From the NCBI GenBank assembly GCA_951406725.2, contig OX597819.1, forward strand, positions 108,190,001 to 108,254,000: 64,000 bases of DNA, in the 5' to 3' direction. Origin of the DNA: Octopus vulgaris. Taxonomy: Eukaryota. Under the pieces are notes generated by a model that had not been told where the DNA came from, did no database searches, and saw only the letters and a list, made by a program, of their open reading frames with translations. Positions 40,616-53,571 of this stretch are shown here, piece by piece (the stretch's first letter is position 1; every line of letters begins with the position of its first letter). Position numbers and translations under genes: made by a program.

Positions 40616-42225
40616 TTTATCCATGTACAATTTTGTGGTTCCTATTAGCAAATGAAACATGTGTAACGGTGAATAGATAATACCAAAAAATTTTCCAGGT
40701 TCCTGTTTTGTTATACATATGTGTAATGTGTGTGTGTGTGTGTGTGTTTCGCCACATTCTTCCAATGAAGCTGATCTGGCCTTGCCAAAAGGATCCACAG
40801 AGACTTGTACTATTCCATATGCCCATGACATTATTTGGTTATAATAACCAATACTGTATGTGGTTATGGCATAAGCCATGGTTCACACAAAACATCTGTC
40901 AAGATAAGACCATTACATATCTTTTGTTTATTTTGTATTCTTTATTCCATACTTCGTACTTTGCATTCCATGAAAATGTACTCATAAAATTTATTTGTGT
41001 TTCTCTGCCTTTCTACTTGTGAGTGTGTGAGCGAGTAAGTGAGTGAGTGTGTGTGTGTGTGCATGTGTGAATATTCCTAAAGAAATCAGCCTTTTTTTCC
41101 TAGCATAAAAATGGTAGATCAATAAATTAGTTCAGTAACTTTATAAGAGTTACACAAAGGTCAGTACCAACACTCCCTTATTTAAATATATTTTATTAAC
41201 TGTATTGAGATGTCATTCAAAAGATTGAGTCTTTGGATACATGTTCCTGCTTTATAAATACTATTCCAATGCCACACACACACACACACACGATGTCTTA
41301 TAACATAAAGATAAGGTTTTTTTCTTACAAAATATCAATACGATGCTGAAAATAGTGTCAATTGTCCCCTCCTAACAAACACACATACACACACTACGAT
41401 ATATGTGAAAAATCAGCAGTCTGAGAATTAACCAAAGTGCTTATCAAACACCAGGAATCCACACCGTTTCTTCTCTGAAGGCTGTCGTCTTTCAGCTAAA
41501 TGGAAACTGGTGCTCTGACAATGAAAGCTTTGTCTACAATATTTATGTTGTATGGTGCAGAAGGAATTGGCAAATTGGATTACAAGATATCTCGGAATGG
41601 TGGATAAGAGGGTGTATGGGTGGAGACATGATGAGTAGAGCAACAATAACAGAAATAACTAGAAAGGAGCACAAATGGCAGTCACAATAAGAACAACAAA
41701 AATCAATGAAAACTAATCACAAGAACAATGAGATTTGGTATTCGGTTAAGTTCATACAGGAACATAAGTGGATGAACAATAGTATGTGTGTTGGTGTGTG
41801 TTTTTATCATATAAATATGTCTGTGTTTGTGTGCATGTGTATATATATGTATACCAAGATAAATATGCATATGTATATATACATACACACAGGCAGGCAC
41901 ACACACACCCACACATACATACATACACACATACAGTTGAGACGTAATTGTTTAGTAAGTGACCTGATCTGAGACTCTGGAAATTAATGTAATTACATCA
42001 TGGAAGATCCATTTTAGCTTTTTAAGAACCCACAAAAATTGTTATATTCATTTTTGCTTTATTTCTTCAGATATTAACATTTTCTTCACACATCTGTGGC
42101 ATAGTCACTAACACAATTCCATTGTAACTGATTTATATTAAGTCACTAGCAAGTCTTTACAGGCCTCAAGTTTTTCCTCAGTTTCTGTTGAACCTTTGGA
42201 TGCAGATGTGGGTCTCCTACATACT

Positions 42226-42614
42226 TACTCTTGATTGCGACCATGCTGGAGCACCGCCTTTAGTCGAGCAAATCGACCCCAGGACTTATTCTTTGTAAGC
42301 CTAGTCCTTATTCTATTGGTCTCTTTTGCCAAACTGCTAAGTTAAGGGGATGTAAACGCACCAGCACCAGTTGTCAAGCGATGATTGGGGGGGGGGGGGG
42401 GACAAACCCAGACATACAAACACACACATACATATATATATACATATATATGACAGGCTTCTTTCAGTTTCCATCTACCAAATCCACTCACAAGGCTTTG
42501 GTTGGTCCGAGGCTATAGTAGGAGACACTTGCCCAAGGTGCTATGCAGTGGGACTGAACCTGGAACCATGCGGTTGGTAAGCAAGCAACTTACCACACAG
42601 CCACTCCTATGCCT
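42226..42614 (-). mobile_element. tRNA-derived SINE, family A
   Basis: Reverse complement of the 34014-34434 element, with an internal G run. Confidence 0.85.
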
Positions 42615-43048
42615 ATATACTTGTTTAACTTTTCCACATGTATTGGTGATCAGGTCACAAAGATGTTAAGAAAATTTTGTGTATTTTGATATCAAAGATT
42701 ATATTATAAAATATATTATTCTTTTTTGAAATAGATGTAATTTGAGGGTGATTTGGCTGCAACATTTGTAGGTTCAGCGATAACATAGAGGCACTCTGGC
42801 TTATGATAATGATGATGATGGTGGTGGTGATGGTGAAGTGGGGAAGATCAAGGCAATACTGTGATGCTTATGATGTTAATGATTGTAATGATGATAATGA
42901 TAACAATGATAAAATATCAATTAAAGTAATTCCTTACCAACTTTATCTTGTTCTGAATATTGAACTGAAAGATAGAAAAAAAAAATGAAATTAGAGGGTG
43001 TGTATACACATACATATAAAGATATATATATATACATTAATACACATA

Positions 43049-43269
43049 TATGAGGGGGTGCTGAAAAGTTCCTGGCTTTAAGGGTATCATAAAAGGCCTG
43101 GTTGGAGGCACAACCTTCTGAGTTCTTTTACAGGATTCAGAAAAACTGAAGGACCGCTGCAATGGGTGTATGAATCTGAGTGGGGAATATGTTGAATAAA
43201 ATCATAATCAAGTGATCCTCCCATATTTCCTTTTACTCAAAGCCAGGAACTTTTCAGCATCCCTTCATA
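43049..43269 (+). mobile_element. Mariner-derived MITE
   Basis: 31-nt inverted ends including TA (tatgagggggtgctgaaaagttcctggcttt / aaagccaggaacttttcagcatcccttcata, 2 mismatches). Internal KLKDRCNGCMNLSGEYVE* resembles a mariner transposase C-terminus. Confidence 0.9.
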
Positions 43270-43368
43270 TGCATGTATATTCAAATCCATATTTATATGC
43301 TTTCAAACAACACAGTACCCATGACTTTCAGAAACATTTTATCATGCTCAGAAATACTGAAGCACAGA

Positions 43369-43596
43369 TTAACCCTTTCGTTACCAATCCAGCTGAAACC
43401 ACTTCTGGCTTTGTAGTACAAATGTTTTGTTTACATAAGTTTTGAATTAAAATTTTCCACCAAACCTTAGTCTCAATTTATGTTCCTAACACTAGCTTAA
43501 TGATAACTAAATTATTTTACTAAATTTTTTGTTATATTTTAAATAACTGAAGAAACACAAAGTATCTCAAAATAAATATGGTAATGAAAGGGTTAA
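43369..43596. mobile_element. piggyBac-type MITE
   Basis: TTAA-ccctttcgttacca ... tggtaatgaaaggg-TTAA. Confidence 0.88.
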
Positions 43597-44360
43597 ACTA
43601 CTTGATGTTGGTGGTTAGCTGTCAGGATACTGCACCCTTCAAGAATTCTATCCTTTCCAAAATTCATCAACACTACTCCTGGCGTGTTTGTCTGCCATTT
43701 CTTCTTTGACAGTTTTATTGTTCTCTTGTCTATCTTCTTGTGATTTATTCTGTGCATGATACATGCACTTTTGGCTATCATAACTGTCTTTCAATACTTG
43801 GGCTATTGCTGTTTTCTTTTTCAATCTCATCTGAGAACTGAATACAATAAACTCACTATTATCATTTGTATGTGAAATACATGCAAACACACACACACCT
43901 TCTAACTTCTACTTGTTTCAGTTATTAGACCGTGACCATGCTACAGCAGCACCTTGAAGAATTTTAGTTGAACAAATCAACCTCAGTACTTATTTTTTTA
44001 TATATCATTATATGAGTTTATCAGTATATATCATTATATATAAACGATGATGATGATGATGATGTGTGTGTGTGGTGATAAGAAGTAGACCGAAGAAATC
44101 CCGACAAATACCTCAGTCAGCATTCCATGCAAAAAAGCTTGGCTAACAGAATGTCAAGTGAGACAGATGGGAATTTGGATAGGTTAAATCCTTAGAGTAT
44201 TCCATACAAACTGAATAAAGTTATATAACAACATTTTCTTAATTTTTTAAAATCTAATATATATATATATCATAAAGATTAAAGTAAAAATGAAAAAAGG
44301 CAAACTGTTTGGCATCACTTGAAAAAGATATTTAATTTAGATAGAGAATATAGATACACA

Positions 44361-44452
44361 GTCTCTTACAGCTGTTTCTAAAATAGCCAAGCGTGTGGGA
44401 CATTATATTGAGTAAGGATTCCATAGGTTGAGTATTCCATCATTAGAGCTAC
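44361..44452 (-). ncRNA. Degenerate hammerhead-like motif with long stem II (Penelope-like)
   Basis: The minus strand reads CU-CUAAUGA-(about 60 nt)-GAAAC-AGCU-GUA-AG. Core G5 is changed to A. Confidence 0.4.
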
Positions 44453-44507
44453 ATATTTATCATCATCATTTGTTTTATATATATATATATCATCATTATC
44501 TTCATTG

Positions 44508-44826
44508 TGAAGGCACATGGCTTAGTGGTTAGGGTGTTTGGTTTACAATAACAAGATCATGAGTTCAATTCCTGGTGACACATTGTGTCCTTGAGCAAGA
44601 CACTTTATTTTACGTTACTCCAGTCCACTCAGCTGGCAAAAATGAGTAGTACCTGTATTTCAAAGGGCCAGCTTTGTCACATTCTATGTCATGGTGAATC
44701 TCCCTGAGAACTACATTAAGGGTACATATGTGTGTGGACTACTCAGACATTTGTACATTAATTGCACAAGCAAGCTGTTTTATTGATTGGATCAAATGGA
44801 AGTCTTGTCATCATAACTGAGTGCCA
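44508..44826 (+). mobile_element. tRNA-derived SINE (tgtgtccttgagcaagacact core)
   Basis: A box TGGCTTAGTGG and B box AGTTCAATTCC. The body is shared with 54128-54345. Confidence 0.75.
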
Positions 44827-45963
44827 AAATATCATCATCATTTTATCTTTCAATTTTGCATAATTGTATGAGTCAGATGGGGCTTATTGAAGCTGATTTT
44901 CTGCAGTTGAACACCCTTCCTGTCACCAACCTTCACCTGTTTCCAAACAAGATATTTCCACATTACCAGTATGTTCCTGCAGAATACTGGAAATGAGTGA
45001 CACTGCTTGTGTAACAGAGATAATCATTTTGCAACTATCGCACACTGTCAAGATAAGGAGATAGAAACATACATTCAGACACACAGACCTACATATATGC
45101 ATGCACACACACACGCACGCACACGCATGCACACACACACACACATATATATGTGCAAATGTGGCTGTGTGGTAAGAAGTTTGCTTCCCAGCCACATAGT
45201 TCAGGGTTTGGTCCCACTGTATAGCACCTTGGGCAAGTGCCTTCTACTATAGCCAGCCAAAGCTTACAAGTGGGTCTACCAGATGGAAAGTGAAAGAAGT
45301 CCAGTGTGTGTGCGTGTGTGCATATGTGTGTATATATATATGTATACACACACACACATACATATACATACGGATGGCTTTGTGGATTGAAGTTCACTTC
45401 ACAATCATGTGTTTTGGGTTCAGTCTCAATTGTTTCCAAGTGAGATAATATTCTCTCAGGGTCAGATCTGTTTTCGCAGAAGATTGGAAATAAACGACAG
45501 TGCTAGTCTCACTTCTGTCCACGTCTTCTTTGTCCTTCCTCTTCCATAGTTTCCATCCAATATATGCCCACACACATATGTACAGATACATATACATGCA
45601 CGCACACATTGTCCTCATCATCATCATTTTACATACACTTTCTATATTTGTGTGGATTGTTCGGATTATTACACAGTCAAAATCAGTTTTTATTTCAAGA
45701 ACCATATCCCATTCCTAGATTCTGTTTTTAGTACTCTCTCTTCAGTTGGCTGCTGTTCGTGATACCAGTTACTTTAAAGAATGTACTGGATGCATTTTAT
45801 TTCATATATAGATATATATGAAATAAAATGCACTGTATCAATTTGAATATAAATATAAATAAATCTTGTATGTTCTTAGTACATTTTCAGTTTCTCTTAT
45901 TTCATAAATATGTATGTGTACATATATATATACACTCACATACATACATACATACATACACAC

Positions 45964-45994
<31 letters not shown>

Positions 45995-47399
45995 CACATA
46001 CATTCACAAACACAATTATAAACATAAATATATACATATATGTGTATATGCGTGTATATAATGGGATTACACATATAAATATGCAAACATATACGATACT
46101 CCAATCTCCAAAACAGCTTTTTAAAGTCATAAACAGAGGTGTATATATTCAGAAGGGAAGTCTCTATTTCGTTTTCCCTAACATTCTTCTGTGAGATTTC
46201 TTCTAGATATTTCTTCACACACACCCCGTTATGCTGCCACCCCGCTTGATATGCCCGACCGCTAGTGGCAGGGTGGTGGTTGCATTGGTAGTTACGTTAT
46301 CTGGCAGTGTTGTTAGAGTTGAGGCAGTGTGAGACAAGCTGGCATGGGAAACTTTATCTACTGAAGGATTTGAAAAGGGTGACACAGCTGTGGCACTGGT
46401 GGTTGTGGTGTGCATTTGTATGGAAGGGGTTGTAGTGATGGTGGTGGAGAAGGTTGGGGTGATGGTGGTAGTGATGTTGCTGATGACAGTAGTGATGGTG
46501 ATTACTGTGTTGACAGTTGTAAAAGAGGCTCAGATTGTCATGATGATGATGATGATGATGATGATCATGATGAGGAGGAGGAGGAGGTAGTGGTGGTGGT
46601 AGAGATTATGGTGATGTTAGTTGTTGTGATGTGAGTCATCATAGGAGTTGTCATCATTGTAAAGGTTGAAACTATGTTTTCTAAAAGCAATAATTGTAGA
46701 AGTCATAATTATAAATTATTAGTAATAGTAGTAGTATTAGTATTAAATGCAGTTGTCAAGGCCCTGCAGAGAGGTCTTCTGCACTCAGAGAAACAATGGG
46801 GCCATAAAAGATCTCAGATGATCTAAACAGACATTTGACTGCCCCAGGAATTATTCTCTACATCAGATCATAAATGTACACCAAAAATACAAGCTAAACA
46901 TGGCCAGACATAAGAAGCACGGGAAGATGTAGAGGACCACATGGGTGTTTACTACTGATTCAGATATCTATATCATCACTGTGTATATATTCACCAGAAT
47001 ATTTCAACACTATGTCATTATCTCTTGTCCCCTTTTTTTTTACTTTGCTGAGTGTTATAAGGGACAGTGACCAGGGCATTTTCAGGCCTTCAGAGACTGG
47101 TAAACTTGAAGCTGTTCATCATTTGAATTGTTGCAGGATAGAACCTGCAGGAAAACTGAGTGGAAGGCAGATTCTAGAGGACCAATGTTTTGGTAGAGAG
47201 CAAGGACTGGGTACATAGTGGTTAGTGTGGAGCCAAAGGAGAAGCATGTGTACTCAACAAAGGTGTTGAGAGGTGAAAAGACAAGTAAGTCAGGGTACTA
47301 GAAAGATGCCGGTACAAGACCAGTCAGCTTCAAGGAAGAGGCCAGTATAGTAGTGGAATCCATACTCATCTACAGGTCTAGTCTGTTTCTTAAAGTATG

Positions 47400-47805
47400 G
47401 AACCTTAGGAACTAACAATTGTTTTCTGTAGTATGGGTCTCTATTTCCTCTTCATTCTTTTCTATTCTAGGCACAAGGTCCAATTTCCTTTTCCTTCTTG
47501 ACAAGTGTCAGTACTTCATTATACCTATGCCTATCTGAGAGGATCTTTCAGTTTCCATACCTTCCTTCTGCAGATTTTCTTGTGTCTTTCAATCCATATA
47601 GCACTTTCTCTAATCATGTTAAACACTAGTCTCTTGTGGTACATTCTTCACTGGAGAAAGACTTGATGATCACAACCAGTTGTGAAGTCTTGTTGGCTGG
47701 TAAGCATGAAGTCTTTCTCATCATGTGTGTTCAGCTTTGTGGCAAGTGATCAGGTAGCTGGCAAGTTTCCTTAAGTTAGAGTTGCAAATGATTAGACCTT
47801 CTGCA
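47400..47805 (-). mobile_element. RTE-like LINE endonuclease-region fragment
   Basis: The minus strand gives GLIICNSNLRKLASYLIT..PVKNVPQETSV..KVWKLKDP in broken frames. Confidence 0.5.
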
Positions 47806-47812
47806 TCACAAA

Positions 47813-48036
47813 CAATGTCCTTTCTAATATTTTACTGTAGGTATGCGTAGACATTTTCTTGTATGCAAATTTTGTCTTCTTTTGCAAAGCATGTGTGCAT
47901 TTGAGTAACTATCATCAATAAAAAAAAAATTTGATTTCATCTTGAAAACCTTGCACACACACATTTTTTTGCCTTTAGTGCACTAGTTGTAAAAACATGT
48001 GAGCAGGTGCAAGTGCACTGTTTAGAGGGAACATTG
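47813..48036. mobile_element. hAT-type MITE, old
   Basis: TIRs are caatgtcctttctaa and ttagagggaacattg. Flanks atcacaaa and atcataga match at 6 of 8 positions. Confidence 0.6.
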
Positions 48037-48799
48037 ATCATAGAATTCTAAATTCCTTGGTCTCTTTCATTTCATGTACCATAGCTACCTTGGTGTTTCC
48101 CAAAATATCCATGAAAAACATCAACTGGGAATACAAGATTGCTAGCTCTGTATGAGTGTGTGTGTTTGTATTTGTGTGTGTGTGTTGTATGTCTGTGTGT
48201 ACAAACATACACACACACACAAAACCATGGTAAACAAATGCTGTTACTCACAAGCGAGTATAGCTTGATAGTATGTACCATGCTTTTGGTATATTTTATT
48301 TATCTATTTGTTTGTTTTAAATGTTTATGTAGCCACATGAGAGCTGGAAGGAAAGAAAACTGTACCAGCACTCAACTGTTACTAATTTGTAGCTGAGTTG
48401 ATGGCAGCGATGTGAAATAAAGTGTCTTACTCAACAACATATATTCAACATAGCCCAGATTTGAACAAACAATCTGGTAATCATAAGCCCTGGGACGTAA
48501 ACACACCAACACCTATTATCAACATTGGTGAGGGGGCAAACACAGACACAAAGACATACATATACAAGTACAAGTATCCTTCACTTTCCATCTACCAAAT
48601 CCACTCACAATGCTGTGGTTGGCCCAAGGCTATAGTGGAAGACACTTGCTCAAGGCCCCACATAATGGTACTGAACCCAGAACTACATGTGGTTGGGAAG
48701 CAAACTCCTTACCACACAGCCAATCTATCTTTATATATATACATATATATTTATATACACATACACATGCACATGCATGTACACACACACATTATATAT

Positions 48800-48856
<57 letters not shown>

Positions 48857-49052
48857 TATACATACATATATATCTATCTATATCTATCTCTCTCTCTATA
48901 TATATATATACATATATATTTTTTAATAATATATTATTAATATTAGGAAATCAATATCAAAACTTCTCAGAAAGATATGCACGTGTGAATATATATACAT
49001 ATATATATACATACATATATATACATATATAAATATACATACATATATACAC

Positions 49053-49085
<33 letters not shown>

Positions 49086-49140
49086 CATATACATACATAT
49101 ACATATATATACATACATATACATATATATATACATATAC

Positions 49141-49275
49141 ATAAACAAAAGACGAAGATGGGTGTGTAAACAACAAACAGATGTATTAGTTTAACGCTTG
49201 TGTCTTTTACGTTTTGAGCCTACGCTCTTCAGCAGAAAGGAACACAGAAATAAGCAGGGAGAGAAAATAGAAAAT
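49141..49275 (-). mobile_element. Penelope-like pLTR fragment with degenerate hammerhead motif in a (TA)-rich tract
   Basis: Minus strand 49239-49204 reads CUUU-CUGCUGA-A-GAGC-GUAG-GCUC-AAAA-CGUA-AAAG. Confidence 0.6.
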
Positions 49276-49530
49276 CCATATATAAATATAACATCCATAT
49301 ATAAATATATATTTATATAAAACTCAATTAGAGGTTATGTTAGCCTCATGAAGGGATGGTGCCATCCATGGAAATACTGGTTCAATACCTAATATTTTGT
49401 GGAGTTTGATTTCCTTAAAATAATAGGTAGATATATAAAAACCATGTAGTCTATAGTCATATAAAGGAAGAAAAAGAAAATAGATAAAGTCAAGTTAATA
49501 AGTGCTTATTATCAACAAATCAATCATTAT

Positions 49531-49612
49531 CCCTTACAGCTGTTTCAATTAATACTTAGTGAATCAATAAAATATTAAATTCATATGCCCTGAGTATAAT
49601 ATCTCCAGAAGG
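49531..49612 (-). ncRNA. Hammerhead-like motif with long stem II and one core change
   Basis: The minus strand reads CCUU-CUGGAGA-UAUUAUACU...AGUAUUAAUU-GAAAC-AGCU-GUA-AGGG. Confidence 0.5.
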
Positions 49613-50881
49613 AGAAAAATATACCCTTAGATGTTTTATGTGTGTTTATGGATTCATTACACCAGACTGTTGATAACAGACCTTTAGTAATTTCACTATC
49701 TCCATTTTCTTTTTCTTCTTATATATATGTATGTATGTATATATTTACATACACACACGCACACACTTTTCAACACAGAGATTATCTTATATTAAGTGTG
49801 CTTGCAAAGTCGAAGACAATGAAAGCATATAAAAACTTCCTTCCATCAAGTCTATATTAATATATTTTTTAAAGATTTCTTGTTATATGATTAATAATTT
49901 TTAATTTTAGAAAATCTTTTCCCATATATGTGTATATATATAAACACACACATATTTATATCCTTCTCTCTCTCTCTCTTTAAATATATATATATATATA
50001 TATATATGTATGCGTGGGTATGTTTGAGAGAGTGTATCTATACACATATAAATACATACATTCTTTTCCATATATATCACACACAACATACATTTTCAGC
50101 AGAACGAGCAGAAACTAAGAAGATTCTGTTCAATTCTGTGCTTGAATGCAAACACTCTGCTCTGCCTTTCTGGCTGAGTGAATGCAGTACAGGGCGTACA
50201 GTGTATAAAAATATATGTGTTCACACACGAAGGGTTTCTGTACGGAATGACAGCTTTTCTACATCACTAACTTAACTATAAATGTCTTTATAAATAACCT
50301 GACAATTTTACCTGGCAATAAGGAACCATGCACACACACATACACACACCACGCACAGATACCCCCAACTCTGCCATATATATGTGTGTGTGTGTGTTAG
50401 AGTGTGTATGAGTAGTTCTGCTTATTTAGGATCAAACAAACATGTCATATTCAAGAATTAGTCAACTGCATAGTCAGATATCATCTCTGACCAACAGCCA
50501 ATGGTTATTCATAATCCATGATGGTGAAGAACACTTTATATTGTATACATTTATTCCTTAATTCACAATCATGTTATTTCTTTCCTATCATCAGCATCAT
50601 CATATTCATCTGTTTTCTCTATTCTTGCATTGAAAGCCCACGTTTTGCTACCACACAGTATCACAATTCATACACATACATCGTAAAATCTGCTCTTCAC
50701 CCTGACAGAATGTCCTTTTGCTGTTAACAGTGACAATAGTACTCTGACCATTTCATATCCTGTCTTTTACTCTGCCTACCATGTTGTAGTACTTTGACTG
50801 CTAATTAGGACACTTAAGCAACATACATTCCCACATGCATACATATCTCTGTCTGTCTGTTTGTCTATCTATCTATCTATC

Positions 50882-50929
<48 letters not shown>

Positions 50930-50996
50930 ATCGCGTGTGTATCGTTAGTGATTTTTTTCCACCGTCTTCCCTTCCTTGGATCTTTCCTTTTCCAAT

Positions 50997-51031
50997 GTTT
51001 CTGACGAAGAGCTCTGCTCGAAACGTTAAAT
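50997..51031 (+). ncRNA. Minimal type I hammerhead ribozyme motif (PLE type) in a unit of about 210 bp between microsatellites
   Basis: GUUU-CUGACGA-A-GAGC-UCU-GCUC-GAAA-CG-UU-AAAU. The core is intact and the palindromic ACGU replaces stem III. The unit spans about 50925-51133 and is followed by (TA)n. Confidence 0.7.
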
Positions 51032-51133
51032 CCTCCTTCTTTCTTTCCTTTCCGGAGCGTCCAATAACACTATACTTGTTCCACGTCCTCACGTTGTTGT
51101 GTTTTCTCTTTGTGCTTTCATGTTTGGATTAAC

Positions 51134-51164
<31 letters not shown>

Positions 51165-52376
51165 CAATGGACAGGAATTATGAAAGACCTAGGTAGACAT
51201 GGGATGAAATATTAAAGACTGATCTCAAAATGCTAAGCCTTACAAAGAGGATGACAGGGGGCTAAGATAAGTGGTGCATCGCTCTACTCAGGAAGACCCA
51301 CCCACCACAACAAAATTGATATCTTAAAACCAAACTACCACATAAAAACACATTGGTGTTGCTACTGCTGCCATGTAAGAGGCACTGGTACTGGTGCCAC
51401 ATAAAAAGTATTGGTGCTGGTGCCACATAAAAAGACACTGATGATGGTGTCATGTAAAAAGCACCAAGTACACTCTGTTAGTGGTTGATATTAGGAAGGG
51501 CATCTAGCTGAAAAAAAAAAACCAAACCAAAACAGACTATAGAACCTGTTGTGGCCCCTGGCCTTACCAGTTTCTGTCAAGTCATCCAACCCAAGCCAAC
51601 ATGGAAAACATGTTACATGATGATGATGATGATGAGGAGGAGGAGGAGGATATATGCATGTATATCATCAGCAACAGCACTATCACTTTAATGTTTACTT
51701 TTCTAAACCTACATGAGTGATATAGGATTTGTTGAGAAAGAATTTCTATATCCAGATGCCCTTCCTTTTGCCAACCATCACATGTTTTCAAGCAATGTCT
51801 AAATTCCCCCTGTTCTAGATATATTTCAATGAAGATTACAAGAGATGAAGACTGCTTGAATTAGCATGCAATATCAAGAAAATGACACACACACAATAAC
51901 TCACAAAAACTCATGACAGACTGACAGACACACACACACAGACACACACACAAACACAGGCGGCTTCTTTTCAGTTTCCATCTACCAGAATTCGTTCACA
52001 AGCATTTGGTCCATCTGAAGCTATAGAAGTTTACCCAAAGTGAAACACACTGAGATTGAACTTGACATCACATGGTTGTGAAATAAAGTTCCATACCTGC
52101 ATGTATATATACAAACATATATATTTAGAATAATACAGCTTAAAAACCTCATACTGTGCATTTGAAAGCTCTTATGTCATTATTTGACTACAACATGTTA
52201 TCCTACAGTAGGGTATATTCCAGGGATGGTTACACAAGCAGAACTCCTCTTTGCATACAATTAATGCAAAAATAATATAACACATGGAGAGAGGATTTCA
52301 GTTTTTAGTGGTAGATCACAACATTTGTTTCAGCATTGCCTGATAGCTTCTATCTTTGTGTTATATTATTCTTGTG

Positions 52377-52407
<31 letters not shown>

Positions 52408-52408
52408 C

Positions 52409-52591
52409 AAAATAAGCAACAAGGATATCCATAGTTAATGCAGTACGATCATTTAATTAAATTCTATGTCTTTGTGTAGCTGAAGATTGCTCTACATTTT
52501 AAATTGATGTAATGATTGCATTGTTCAATTAAATGGAGTTGCATGAAACGATCATACTGTATTACCTCTGGATTTTCTTGTTTCTTATTTT
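52409..52591 (+). mobile_element. Hammerhead-containing Penelope-like unit with 46-bp imperfect inverted ends, next to (TA)n
   Basis: Arms 52409-52454 and 52546-52591 match at 38 of 46 positions. GUGUAG-CUGAAGA-(extended hairpin)-GAAAC-GAUC-AUA-CUGUAU at 52474-52562. Confidence 0.65.
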
Positions 52592-53220
52592 AATTTTAAT
52601 TACCTTATTTTGAAATTGTATGGATAATACCGTACTAAATTCTGGTGCCTCAACTTAAGTACCATACTCATCTGAATCTCTCTCTCTCTATATATATATA
52701 TATATACACACACACACATATATGCATATATGTACACATATATATGTATATATACGTACATACAGATGTCTGTGTGGCTGTGCATTACACAATTTGCTGT
52801 TCTATCTAATATATATATGTCTATCCGTCTGTACATACGTAAGCAGCTCTAATGAGTTCCTGAAGCTTGTGAAATATTTTAACTATTAATTCCCCAAGTC
52901 CTCACCAAAGAAAAAAAAATTAATTAAATTCTCTAGGGGTGTTGGCAATAATTGGTGAGAGCTCTGTAGCATTAAGGGGGAGCTGCAATCTGTTGGTTTC
53001 TCTGGAACATTTCAGAAACTTCTTTTTTTTTTTTTTTTGTACTTAAAGGTGTATTCTGCCAGAAATGACAGGCACTGCTAAACAACAATCACAACCACAA
53101 CAAAAACAACAGCAGTAATCTGTATTTCAATTATATGTGTTCGCATAAATATTTATAAATAACACACGTATGGGTTTGTGTGTATGCTGGTGTTATGAAC
53201 ATACACACATATATAAACCC

Positions 53221-53280
<60 letters not shown>

Positions 53281-53486
53281 CACATAAACAAACATATATA
53301 AACATTTCTTTTATCTCATAATTCTAAACAATAGGTATATACATATATATACACATACATACACACACATATGTATATAGATACAAACATATATACATAC
53401 ACATATACGTATGTATATACATATATGTACATATATATATATATATACACATGCACATACACACACATATGTATATAGATACAAAT

Positions 53487-53571
<85 letters not shown>

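Noticed and set aside
46215-46415. Thr/Ser-rich minus-strand ORF as a candidate TMEM132 exon
   Set aside because: It is low-complexity sequence continuous with GGT/GAT repeats, with no signal peptide and no convincing phase-1 donor.
52843-52990. Hammerhead-like CUAAUGA..GAAA with GCAGCUC/GAGCUGC ends
   Set aside because: The core is mutated and stems II and III cannot be formed convincingly.
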